A stretch of DNA of 64,000 nucleotides. Origin: Vulcanimicrobiota bacterium (GTDB lineage Bacteria > Vulcanimicrobiota > Vulcanimicrobiia > Eremiobacterales > Eremiobacteraceae). The notes beneath the pieces were generated by a model. The model did no database searches. It had not been told where the DNA came from and saw only the letters and a list, made by a program, of their open reading frames with translations. Every line of letters starts with the position of its first letter. The first letter of the stretch is position 1. Made by a program: the position numbers and the translations under genes. The stretch covers positions 192,001 through 256,000 of the forward strand of contig CAWDVP010000001.1 in assembly GCA_963805945.1 (NCBI GenBank), given 5' to 3'. Below are positions 47,245 through 55,180 of the stretch, in pieces.

Positions 47245-47597
47245 GGCTTGACCTCGACCGTCAGCACCATGTCCCCATGTCCAGGGCCGCACGGTTGGCT
47301 GCAATGGATCTTATAGGTCCCGGCCGTCTTCGGCGTCACCATGACGTCGACGAACTTGCCCGGCGCGATCGTCGTGTCGGGGATGCCGAGTTCCGTGGAC
47401 GAGATGCCGTGCACGCCGCCCGATGAGGTGAGATGCAGCGTGGTGGTCTCTCCGACGTGCATCTCGACGGTCGCCGGGGTGAACTTCCAGTTCGAGGCCA
47501 CGACGTCGACCGTGGGATGGGCGAAGGCCGGCAGTGCCAGCATGAGAACCGCGCCGCCAGCAAGGCCGGCAAGCCGATGTGCGAGTGAAAATGTCAT
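47241..47597 (-). CDS. Exported stand-alone cupredoxin with CuA motif
   Basis: Signal peptide (..PAFA|H), WKFTP, VHG, CSQPCGPGHGDM; stop overlaps next start (GTGA). Confidence 0.85.
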   Translation of the reverse strand: MTFSLAHRLAGLAGGAVLMLALPAFAHPTVDVVASNWKFTPATVEMHVGETTTLHLTSSGGVHGISSTELGIPDTTIAPGKFVDVMVTPKTAGTYKIHCSQPCGPGHGDMVLTVEVKP

Positions 47598-47619
47598 GGT
47601 TATCTCTCCTTCTGACATC

Positions 47620-47673
47620 AGTCTACCAGAGCGGGTCGCGCAGGACGTGAAGCCGTTTGGAAGGTGTGTGAAG
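47620..47673 (-). promoter_or_regulatory. Triple direct-repeat site plus -10 TAGACT upstream of CuA-cyc2 operon
   Basis: Plus-strand TGAAG 47648, GGAAG 47659, TGAAG 47669. Confidence 0.62.
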
Positions 47674-47770
47674 GGTGCGACTAGGGACGCACGGGTGCTG
47701 GCGGCGCCTGCGAGAATCGTCCCGCTGAGTTAGACGCATCGGCCCAGGAAGCGACCGCTCTATCGGCCGG

Positions 47771-49402
47771 TCACCACGTGCGCATGCCGGGCGCGCCGTA
47801 CGGATGCACGTGCACCAGGTCGTACATCGGCCCGACGTAGGCGAGGAAGGCCAGCACGACCGCCGCGAGCGCCCACATGCCGATCTTGTCGAACGCGGCC
47901 GGCGTGGGCATGGCCTCGTCCTCGGGCTGCGCGAACGTCACGGCCTCGTCCGCGGGCTCATCGTGCAGGCGCGTGCCGATCGCCACGGTCGCGAACATGA
48001 GGATGCTGATGAAGAGGATCGCGCCGCCGATCGCCGCCGCGATCATCTCGGGCATCCACAGGCTCGCCGCGGCCGAACCGAAATACGTCACGTCGTCGGT
48101 GCGCCGCGGCGAGCCGAGCAGGCCGGCCCAATGCATGGCGGTGGACATCACGAGCATCCCGATGAACCAGGCATAGGTCTGTGCCAGCGCCAGTTTCGGC
48201 GCCCACAACTTGCGCCCGGTGAGCGCCGGCACCAGCCAATAGGCGATGCCGACGAACGACAGCGCCACCGGGCCGCCCACGGTCACATGGAAGTGCCCGA
48301 CGATCCACATGGTGTTGTGCACCAGCGTGTCCATGCTGTACGAGGCGTTCACCACGCCGCCGAAACCGCCGAAGATGAACAGGATCATGCCGAGCGCAGG
48401 CCCCGCGAACGCCGGGTTGCTCCACGGCAGCGTGGCGACGGCGCCGATGAAGCCGGGGCGGCCCTTGCGCCGCGCGGCCATCTCGAACGAGGCGAAGATC
48501 GCGAACGCGGTCATGATCGACGGGATGACGACGCCGTAGGTCGTCATGGTGTGGACCCATTTCCATGCCGCCGAGATGCCCGGCTCCATGAACTGGTGAT
48601 GCAGACCGACCGGCGTCGAGAGGATCAACAGCAGCAGAAACGCCAGACGCGTGAGCGCGTCGCTGAACACCTTGCCGCCGTATAGCGTCGGCACGATGTT
48701 GTACCAGATCAGATACGCGCCCATGATCCAGAAGTAGACGAGCGGATGGCCGAAGTACCAGAACAGCATGCGCGTCATCATCACGTCGACGGTCGGCGTC
48801 CAGCCGAGCGACCACGGGATGAGGAAGAACAGCATCTCGATCGCCACGCCGATCGTGGCGATGAACCACATGACGAACGTGCAGGTGGCGCCGTGCACCA
48901 TGAGCGGCAGCGCCTCGCCGGGGCGCGTCCGCCGGAAGTACACGACGTTCTCGAGGATCTCGTAGAGCACGAACCAGGTCGCGACGACGAGCACGGTCGC
49001 GCCGATGTAGAACGACGGATGCGCCTTGAGCGGCGCGTAGAACGTGTAGAGCACCGACGCGCTGCCGCTGAGGATGGCGACGGTGGCGGTGAGCGTGCCC
49101 GCGAGCATCAGCGCGAAGCCCGACCAGGAAAGCGCGAGCGAGCGCTCGCGCGGTATGGTGCGATACACGCCGAACAGCGACAGCCCGCAGATGAAGAACG
49201 TGGTGAACACGATCGCCATGAGCACGCCGTGCGCGGTGAGCATGCGATAGTAGTCGAACCAGTGCGGTGCGGCGAACCAGCGCGCGCGAGAGAACGCTTG
49301 CAGCAGGCCGAAGATCGCGCCGACGACGATCGCGCCGGTGGCCGTGTACACGTAGCCGAGGATGAGACGGTTCTCGCGCTGGACCTGCGCCGACGCCGCC
49401 AT
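47771..49402 (-). CDS. cbaA: ba3-type (B-family) heme-copper oxidase subunit I
   Basis: YYRMLTAHGV, LYTFYAPL, FWYFGHPLVYFW, GLHHQF, HNTMWIVGHFH, PRR. Confidence 0.93.
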   Translation of the reverse strand: MAASAQVQRENRLILGYVYTATGAIVVGAIFGLLQAFSRARWFAAPHWFDYYRMLTAHGVLMAIVFTTFFICGLSLFGVYRTIPRERSLALSWSGFALMLAGTLTATVAILSGSASVLYTFYAPLKAHPSFYIGATVLVVATWFVLYEILENVVYFRRTRPGEALPLMVHGATCTFVMWFIATIGVAIEMLFFLIPWSLGWTPTVDVMMTRMLFWYFGHPLVYFWIMGAYLIWYNIVPTLYGGKVFSDALTRLAFLLLLILSTPVGLHHQFMEPGISAAWKWVHTMTTYGVVIPSIMTAFAIFASFEMAARRKGRPGFIGAVATLPWSNPAFAGPALGMILFIFGGFGGVVNASYSMDTLVHNTMWIVGHFHVTVGGPVALSFVGIAYWLVPALTGRKLWAPKLALAQTYAWFIGMLVMSTAMHWAGLLGSPRRTDDVTYFGSAAASLWMPEMIAAAIGGAILFISILMFATVAIGTRLHDEPADEAVTFAQPEDEAMPTPAAFDKIGMWALAAVVLAFLAYVGPMYDLVHVHPYGAPGMRTW

Positions 49403-49404
49403 CG

Positions 49405-49872
49405 CTATTTCACCTCGATCGCGCCGTACATGAAATGATGACCGGCGCCGCAATACTCGTTGCACAGCAGCAGATGCTGACCGGGCGTGCGGAAGACATG
49501 GGTCGCCTTGCTGACCCAGCCGGGCACCACGAGCATGTTCACGTCGGTGTCGGTGATGAAGAAGCCATGTACGACATCGGGACTCGTGCTGTAGAACGTC
49601 ACCTTCGCGCCGACGGGCACGGTGATGCGCGGCGGCGTGAACGAGAACACGCGGGCCACGACATAGGCCTCATACTCGTTCGGGCCGGTCTGATGCAGGC
49701 CCGGCGCGTCGAACGGCGCGGTCTGCGCCACCTTGGTGGGGTCGATGGTCTTCTCGTAGCTCGGTGGGATGATGCCGTCCATGAGCGCCGCGCTGCCGAT
49801 GATCGCCAAGAAGATGACGAGCGCCACGACACCAAAACCGAGCCACAGCTTCTCGAGCCGATGGACGTGCAC
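49405..49872 (-). CDS. cbaB: ba3-type oxidase subunit II (CuA)
   Basis: One TM helix, SPDVVHGF, CNEYCGAGHHFM. Confidence 0.93.
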   Translation of the reverse strand: MHVHRLEKLWLGFGVVALVIFLAIIGSAALMDGIIPPSYEKTIDPTKVAQTAPFDAPGLHQTGPNEYEAYVVARVFSFTPPRITVPVGAKVTFYSTSPDVVHGFFITDTDVNMLVVPGWVSKATHVFRTPGQHLLLCNEYCGAGHHFMYGAIEVK

Positions 49873-49873
49873 G

Positions 49874-49993
49874 CTACCACCTGCTCGCCATGAGCGCGTA
49901 CATCAGAAGCCAGCCGACGACGATGAAGACGCCCAAGCCCGTGAGAAAGCGCGCGGTGCCCGGCAGCGGTTGGTCGTCGCGGTCCTGGCTCAT
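49874..49993 (-). CDS. cbaD: ba3-type oxidase subunit IIa (39 aa)
   Basis: MSQDRDDQPLPGTARFLTGLGVFIVVGWLLMYALMASRW, single TM, directly upstream of cbaB; missing from ORF track. Confidence 0.75.
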   Translation of the reverse strand: MSQDRDDQPLPGTARFLTGLGVFIVVGWLLMYALMASRW

Positions 49994-50002
49994 TTGGATG
50001 CC

Positions 50003-50047
50003 ATGATACCAGCCGTCCGACGGACGGCGTATGAAGATTCTGCGAAG
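50003..50047 (-). promoter_or_regulatory. Direct-repeat site plus -10 TATCAT upstream of cbaDBA
   Basis: Plus-strand TGAAG 50032 and CGAAG 50043. Confidence 0.62.
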
Positions 50048-51892
50048 TTAACCGACGACGCTGCCCGCGGCTTCGCGCAGGCGGGCGCCCTCGATCGCGA
50101 CGCTCGCGAGCTGCGCGAAGACCTCGATCGTGCGCACCGTCTCCTCGCTCGGCACGAGGTGGTCGCGCGGCTCGTCGGGCGACAGCACGCCCATGAGCAC
50201 GCCGTTCGAATCGAAGAACGGGAAGAGCAGCAGGTCGTCCTCGTGCCATTCACCCTGCGCGCCGCGCGGCAGCGTGGCGAGCTGCGGGTTGCGCACGACG
50301 CCGCCCTCGATGTGCAGTTCCATCGGCGCGTAGTAATAGGTGTCGCGCACGCGCGCGCGTTCGGTCATCGACGCCTGCAGCTCGGCGTCGGGCACCTCTT
50401 GCCCGACGACCGCCGCCGCGAAACCGATCGCCGCGCGTCGCACGAACACGTTGCGCGTGGGGTCGCGCACGACGATGGTGCCCGCGGTGAAGTTGAACTG
50501 GCTGACGGCGACCTCGAGGATGCGCTTGAGGACGCGGTCGAGGTCCCGCTCCTTGAAGATGGACGCGGTGAGGTCGAGGATGCTCGCCAGCCTGGCCGCC
50601 TGTTTGCGCCGCCCTTCGGCGGCGGTCTCGGCGTCGCGGTAGAGGCGCTGCATCTCGCGATTGGTCTCGGTCAGTTCTTCAGCGCGACGCTGTTCGGTGG
50701 TGAAGAGATGCACGTTCTCGATCGCCGCCGCCGCCAGGTGGGCGAAGAGCGCGACGTTGTCCAGCGTGGCTTTGGACGGCACCTTGTCGTCGGCAGGCGC
50801 ATCCGGCTCGAGCAGCCCGATGACGTCGCCCGATGACGAGTGCAGGCGGAAGAGCAGCGTATCCGCTTCGTTCCAATCGTCGGGCGAGTTGCGCGCCTCG
50901 CCGAGACGGCTGCGATCGAAGGTCAGCGCCGGATCCGTATACCACGTCTGCTCTTCGACGGGCGCGTAATACACGCTCGGGCGGACCTCGAAGCGTTTGT
51001 CGAGCTTCAGGTCGACCTGGGCGAACGCGAACTCGCCGTCGCGCAGGGCCGCCTCCACATCGGGCGCGTAGCCGCGCACCGCGCTGGCGCGATAGACCTC
51101 GCGATCCCTGTCCGCCACCAGAATCGAGCCGGCCCGGAAGCCGAATGCTTTGATCGTGGCGTCCAGGATGCGGTCGAGCAGCATCGCCAGCTCGCGTTCA
51201 CGCATGAGCGTGACGCTGAGCTCGACGACCTTGCGCAGGGTCGCGGCTTGCGCCTTCGTCTCGGCGAGCATGATCTGTTCGCTGCGCGCCGCGTTCGAGA
51301 GCGCTGCGCTGCGAAGCGAGAGCGCCGCATTGCGCTCGTCGATCTCACGGACGAGCAGTCCGATGTTGAGGACATTGAGCCACAGCACCGCCGCCTGGAA
51401 GAACAGGCTGACCGACGTCGATGATGGCGTAGGACGCAGCCAATGCGACAAGACGATGACGGCGGTAGCGCCAAAACCCGCGGCGAGCGCTCCCGGATAA
51501 CGCTCACGCGCAGCCGCGATCGCGGTGAAGATGATGAGGCCGACCCACGTTCCCGGGAATACCGGCTCGTAGGCCACCACGACGGCCGAGAGGGCGATGA
51601 AGTCCGCGACGAGGACGAGCCGCGCCATCTGGCGGATCGCCGTGAAGCTCTGCGCGCGGTTGTTGAACCACGCGGCCGCGAGGCTCGCGACCAGCCAGAA
51701 CACGATCGCCGCGGGCCTGACCCACGCCGGGCTCGAGGCCGGCAACCAGTAGGCGATCGCCGCGGTCATGAAGACCGTGATGAGGCGCACGCGAAGAATG
51801 CCCGCTTCGATGCGGCGCTGCTCTTCGAGAGTCGTGCCTAAGATGTCGTCTATCATGGCGTTGGGTGCGGCGCCGGCTGTGCGGGCCGCCAT
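50048..51892 (-). CDS. Membrane protein with ~5-6 TM helices and two tandem GAF domains, no output domain
   Basis: Hydrophobic N-terminus; two homologous repeats (..YYAP.E..W.E.D.LLF...G..G.L.PD.P..VPS..FA.LA..AIE). Confidence 0.8.
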   Translation of the reverse strand: MAARTAGAAPNAMIDDILGTTLEEQRRIEAGILRVRLITVFMTAAIAYWLPASSPAWVRPAAIVFWLVASLAAAWFNNRAQSFTAIRQMARLVLVADFIALSAVVVAYEPVFPGTWVGLIIFTAIAAARERYPGALAAGFGATAVIVLSHWLRPTPSSTSVSLFFQAAVLWLNVLNIGLLVREIDERNAALSLRSAALSNAARSEQIMLAETKAQAATLRKVVELSVTLMRERELAMLLDRILDATIKAFGFRAGSILVADRDREVYRASAVRGYAPDVEAALRDGEFAFAQVDLKLDKRFEVRPSVYYAPVEEQTWYTDPALTFDRSRLGEARNSPDDWNEADTLLFRLHSSSGDVIGLLEPDAPADDKVPSKATLDNVALFAHLAAAAIENVHLFTTEQRRAEELTETNREMQRLYRDAETAAEGRRKQAARLASILDLTASIFKERDLDRVLKRILEVAVSQFNFTAGTIVVRDPTRNVFVRRAAIGFAAAVVGQEVPDAELQASMTERARVRDTYYYAPMELHIEGGVVRNPQLATLPRGAQGEWHEDDLLLFPFFDSNGVLMGVLSPDEPRDHLVPSEETVRTIEVFAQLASVAIEGARLREAAGSVVG

Positions 51893-51941
51893 CTCTTTTG
51901 TTATCGGCAGCCGCGGCGGGGGAGCGGACCGGACACGCCGG

Positions 51942-52166
51942 TCAGTGGATCGTTCAGCCGCCGTTGAAGCCGACGGACACCGAGCCGTCCGGCGCCACGA
52001 TCACCGGCACTTTGAGACCGCCCGAGAGGGCCCGCATCTGTTCCCGAGCCGCGAGGTCGCCCTCCGCGTCGATCTGAAGAAACGGGACACCGCGTTCGCG
52101 CATGTCCGCCATCGCGGCCGCGCAGTAGGGGCAGCCGGGCTTGGTATAGATAATGGTCTGCGCCAT
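51942..52166 (-). CDS. Glutaredoxin-like protein, candidate selenoprotein (..GFNGG-U-TIH*)
   Basis: YTKPGCPYC, KVPVI; TGA at 51954-51956 followed by 3 codons, a second TGA and a hairpin. Confidence 0.75.
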
Positions 52167-52539
52167 GAAGCTCATTTCGACCGATGCCGCTCCCACCCCC
52201 GTGGCCGCGTATTCGCAAGCCGTCATGGCGCGCGATTTCGTGTTCACCGCCGGCCAGGTCGGCATCGACCCGGCGACGGGCAAACTCCACGACGGCCTCG
52301 AGCGGCAAGCCGAGGCCACCTTCGCGCACGTGGCCGCGATCCTGCGCGCCGCCGGTCTGGAAGTGTCCGATATCACCAAGGTGACGATCTACGTCACGGA
52401 TCTATCGCGCTTCGCGACCGTGAACGCGCTCTTCGAGCGATTCGTCGGCGCGCACCGGCCGGCGCGGTCGACGGTCGCCGTCGCGGCGCTGCCGCTCGGC
52501 GCGCTCATCGAGGTCGACGCGATCGCCGCGAAGCGCTAG
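52165..52539 (+). CDS. RidA/YjgF/UK114 family deaminase
   Basis: YSQA, AGQVG, PARSTVAV..LP.GALIEVD. Confidence 0.92.
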   Translation: MKLISTDAAPTPVAAYSQAVMARDFVFTAGQVGIDPATGKLHDGLERQAEATFAHVAAILRAAGLEVSDITKVTIYVTDLSRFATVNALFERFVGAHRPARSTVAVAALPLGALIEVDAIAAKR

Positions 52540-53825
52540 TGCGTACGCTCTGACTCGATCTCCGCGAGTTTGGCGACGGCCAGCGAGTCTTTGGGGTCTT
52601 GCGCCAGCGCGGCTTTGACCTGCTCCTCCGCCAGCGCATATTTCTTCTGCGCTTCGTACACATAGCCCAAGCCGAGATGCAGGCGCGCGTTGTGCGGCTG
52701 CAGCGCGATGCCCTTGATGAAGGCGGCCTCGGCGAGGTTGTACTGGCCGTGGCTGTAGTAGAGGAAGCCGAGATTGAGGAACACGTTGCGCTCGTGTGGA
52801 TCGAGCGTGATCGCGCGCTGGTACTGCTCGACCGCGCCGGTGAAATCGCCGAGGTGGTCGTAGTCGACGCCGAGGTTCTCGTATCCAAGCGCGAAACCGG
52901 GATCGAGCGTGATCGCCTGTTGGATCTTCTCGATCGCCGCCTTGTATTGACCTTCGTTGATCAGTTCGACGCCCCAGTTGAGCCAGGCGAACGAGTAGCG
53001 CGAATCGATGCCGAGCGCGAACTTGTATTGCGTGATGGCGTCGTCGTAGCGCCCCATCTCGCCGTAGATCGTGCCGAGCAGGTTGTGCGCGTCGATGAAA
53101 CGTTCGTTCCGGTCCAGCGCATAGCCGAGCTGCGCGATCGCCGCGTCGTACTTCTGCTCTGCTTTGTAGACGACCGCCAGATTGTAGTGGTTCGAGGGAT
53201 CGAACGGATAGCGCGTCTCTTCCAGCTCGATCTCACCCTCGAGCTCGCCGAGCTTGCCCTCATCGGCGTACGCGGCGACGAGATTCGCGAAGCCCTCCTT
53301 TGAAGGCAGGCTCTTGCGAAACGCCGCGATGGCCTCGTCGACGTGGTCCTGCGCCGCATACACGCCGCCCAGGCGGTTGTACACCTCGCGATTATTCGGA
53401 TCGACCGCCAGGACCGCCTGATACGCAGCTTCAGCGGCTTTGTAGTTCTCGAGCCGGTATTCCACGTCGCCGAGCAGCCGCTGGATCTCGATGTTACGCG
53501 GCTCTTGCAGCGCGGCCTTGCGCAGCAGTTCGGCGGCGGCTTGGTTGAGGCCGCGGTCAGCGTCGTAGCGCGCCTCGTTGAGCAGTTCCGAAGCGCCGGA
53601 CGAGCGCGGGCCCGCGGGCACGCCCGCCGGGTAGCTGGACACAGGGTGGGTCGACGTGGCAGGCGCTGGCGCAGACGCGAGCGGTGACGCCGATGCGCTG
53701 GCCGATGCCGACGCGATAGGCGCCGGTGCCGGTGAAGGCGTTCCCGCGGCCGCTGCGACGCCCGGGCCGCCGATGCACGCGATGACGAGCACCGCGATGA
53801 TCGGCGGAAGCTGCGATCTGGTCAC
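52536..53825 (-). CDS. Exported TPR protein with Pro/Ala/Ser linker
   Basis: Signal peptide, low-complexity linker, about 9-10 TPR repeats. Confidence 0.85.
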   Translation of the reverse strand: MTRSQLPPIIAVLVIACIGGPGVAAAAGTPSPAPAPIASASASASASPLASAPAPATSTHPVSSYPAGVPAGPRSSGASELLNEARYDADRGLNQAAAELLRKAALQEPRNIEIQRLLGDVEYRLENYKAAEAAYQAVLAVDPNNREVYNRLGGVYAAQDHVDEAIAAFRKSLPSKEGFANLVAAYADEGKLGELEGEIELEETRYPFDPSNHYNLAVVYKAEQKYDAAIAQLGYALDRNERFIDAHNLLGTIYGEMGRYDDAITQYKFALGIDSRYSFAWLNWGVELINEGQYKAAIEKIQQAITLDPGFALGYENLGVDYDHLGDFTGAVEQYQRAITLDPHERNVFLNLGFLYYSHGQYNLAEAAFIKGIALQPHNARLHLGLGYVYEAQKKYALAEEQVKAALAQDPKDSLAVAKLAEIESERTH

Positions 53826-53889
53826 GAGGGCTCCTTCCCCGCCGTGCGAAAATGTGGGTTCGTCACTTCGCCCTTTGTGGAGAACCCTC

Positions 53890-54225
53890 ATGCGTTCTTT
53901 GGCCGCCGTCACCGCGTGCGCCGCGGCGCTTTTCCTCACCGGATGCCCGAATCCGAACGCCATCGGCGTGCAGAAATACGGCACCATCGCCGCGACCTGC
54001 GTGTTGGCGAGCAGCGGCCAGCCGGTGGTCGGTGCTCTCGTCAAGGTCAACTCGACTCAGACCTGCGACACGCTCGCCAACGGCGCATGTTCTGTCACCG
54101 GCGTGCCCATCGGCTCGCAGGTCGTGCAGGCTTTCGCCCCGGGCCTGCAGAGCGACCTCACGCCGGTCCAAGTGATGGAGAACCAAATCGCCCCGGTGAC
54201 GCTGCAGATGGCGCCGGCACCATAG
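53890..54225 (+). CDS. Lipoprotein with carboxypeptidase-regulatory-like beta-sandwich
   Basis: Lipobox LTGC; GQPVVGALV..GVPIG. Confidence 0.7.
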   Translation: MRSLAAVTACAAALFLTGCPNPNAIGVQKYGTIAATCVLASSGQPVVGALVKVNSTQTCDTLANGACSVTGVPIGSQVVQAFAPGLQSDLTPVQVMENQIAPVTLQMAPAP

Positions 54226-54240
54226 GCGGAGTGCGTCCGC

Positions 54241-55062
54241 GTGCCTGAGCTGCCGGAACTCGAGCTGCTGCGTGCGACGCTCGCCGACCGGGCCGCCGGA
54301 CATACGATCCTCGAGGTCGTGCTCGATCCGAAGCGCGCGTTCATCATCCGCTACCCGCCGCTCTCCTTCGCCGCGGAGCTCGCCGGCAAGACGCTGACGC
54401 AGGTGCAGCGGCGCGGCAAGTTCCTCATCTTCTCCTTCGAGGGGTTCGACAAGCGCCTTGTCATCAATCCGATGTTGGGCGGCCGCTTCGCGCTGTGCAG
54501 CCGCGCCGCTCCGTCGCTTCCGGCGACCTGCTTCACCCTGCGCCTCGATCGCGCGCTCGACATCCGCTTTCTCGATTCGACGCTCATGGCGCGCATCTAC
54601 CTGACCGCGGATCCCGATGAGGACGTGCCGGCGTTCGCCGGACTGGGCCCCGACGCGCTCGATCCGGCGCTCACCTACGACGCGTTCGCGGCGCGGCTGC
54701 GCAAGCATCGCGGCGAGTTGAAGAACGCGCTGCGCAATCAGGTCTTCGTGTCGGGCGTCGGCAATGCGTACGCCGACGAGATCCTCTTCGCCGCCCGCTT
54801 GCGGCCGCTTCGCCGCGCGAGCACGCTTTCCGACCCTGAGCGCCGCACGCTGTACGACGCGATGCGGTCGACGCTGCGCGAGGCGGTCGCAGTGACCGCC
54901 CGTCAATATGAAGCGGGCAAGCATCCGCTCCACAAACAGGATCGCCGCTTCATGCAGATCCACAGCCGCAAGCAGTCGGCGTGCCCGCGCTGCGGCCACC
55001 GTATCTCGGTGGTGCATCCCGGCGGCGAGGCGACCTACTACTGCCGCGGCTGCCAGCTCTAG
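54241..55062 (+). CDS. Fpg/Nei family DNA glycosylase
   Basis: PELPE, RRGK, LGPDAL, GVGNAYADEIL, CPRC..YCRGCQ zinc finger. Confidence 0.93.
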   Translation: MPELPELELLRATLADRAAGHTILEVVLDPKRAFIIRYPPLSFAAELAGKTLTQVQRRGKFLIFSFEGFDKRLVINPMLGGRFALCSRAAPSLPATCFTLRLDRALDIRFLDSTLMARIYLTADPDEDVPAFAGLGPDALDPALTYDAFAARLRKHRGELKNALRNQVFVSGVGNAYADEILFAARLRPLRRASTLSDPERRTLYDAMRSTLREAVAVTARQYEAGKHPLHKQDRRFMQIHSRKQSACPRCGHRISVVHPGGEATYYCRGCQL

Positions 55063-55072
55063 AGGCCGACAA

Positions 55073-55140
55073 ATGTAGGGGCCGATCTTTAGGTCGGCTC
55101 GCCAGGACATGAGGGTCGACCTGAGGGTCGACCCCTACAT
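55073..55140. repeat. Inverted pair of family A REPs (REPIN/BIME-like doublet)
   Basis: ATGTAGGGGCCGATCTTTAGGTCGGCTC ... GGGTCGACCTGAGGGTCGACCCCTACAT. Confidence 0.8.
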
Positions 55141-55180
55141 CGGAGGGCGCGCCGCCGGTTTGTGAGAACCCGGCCAGCCT

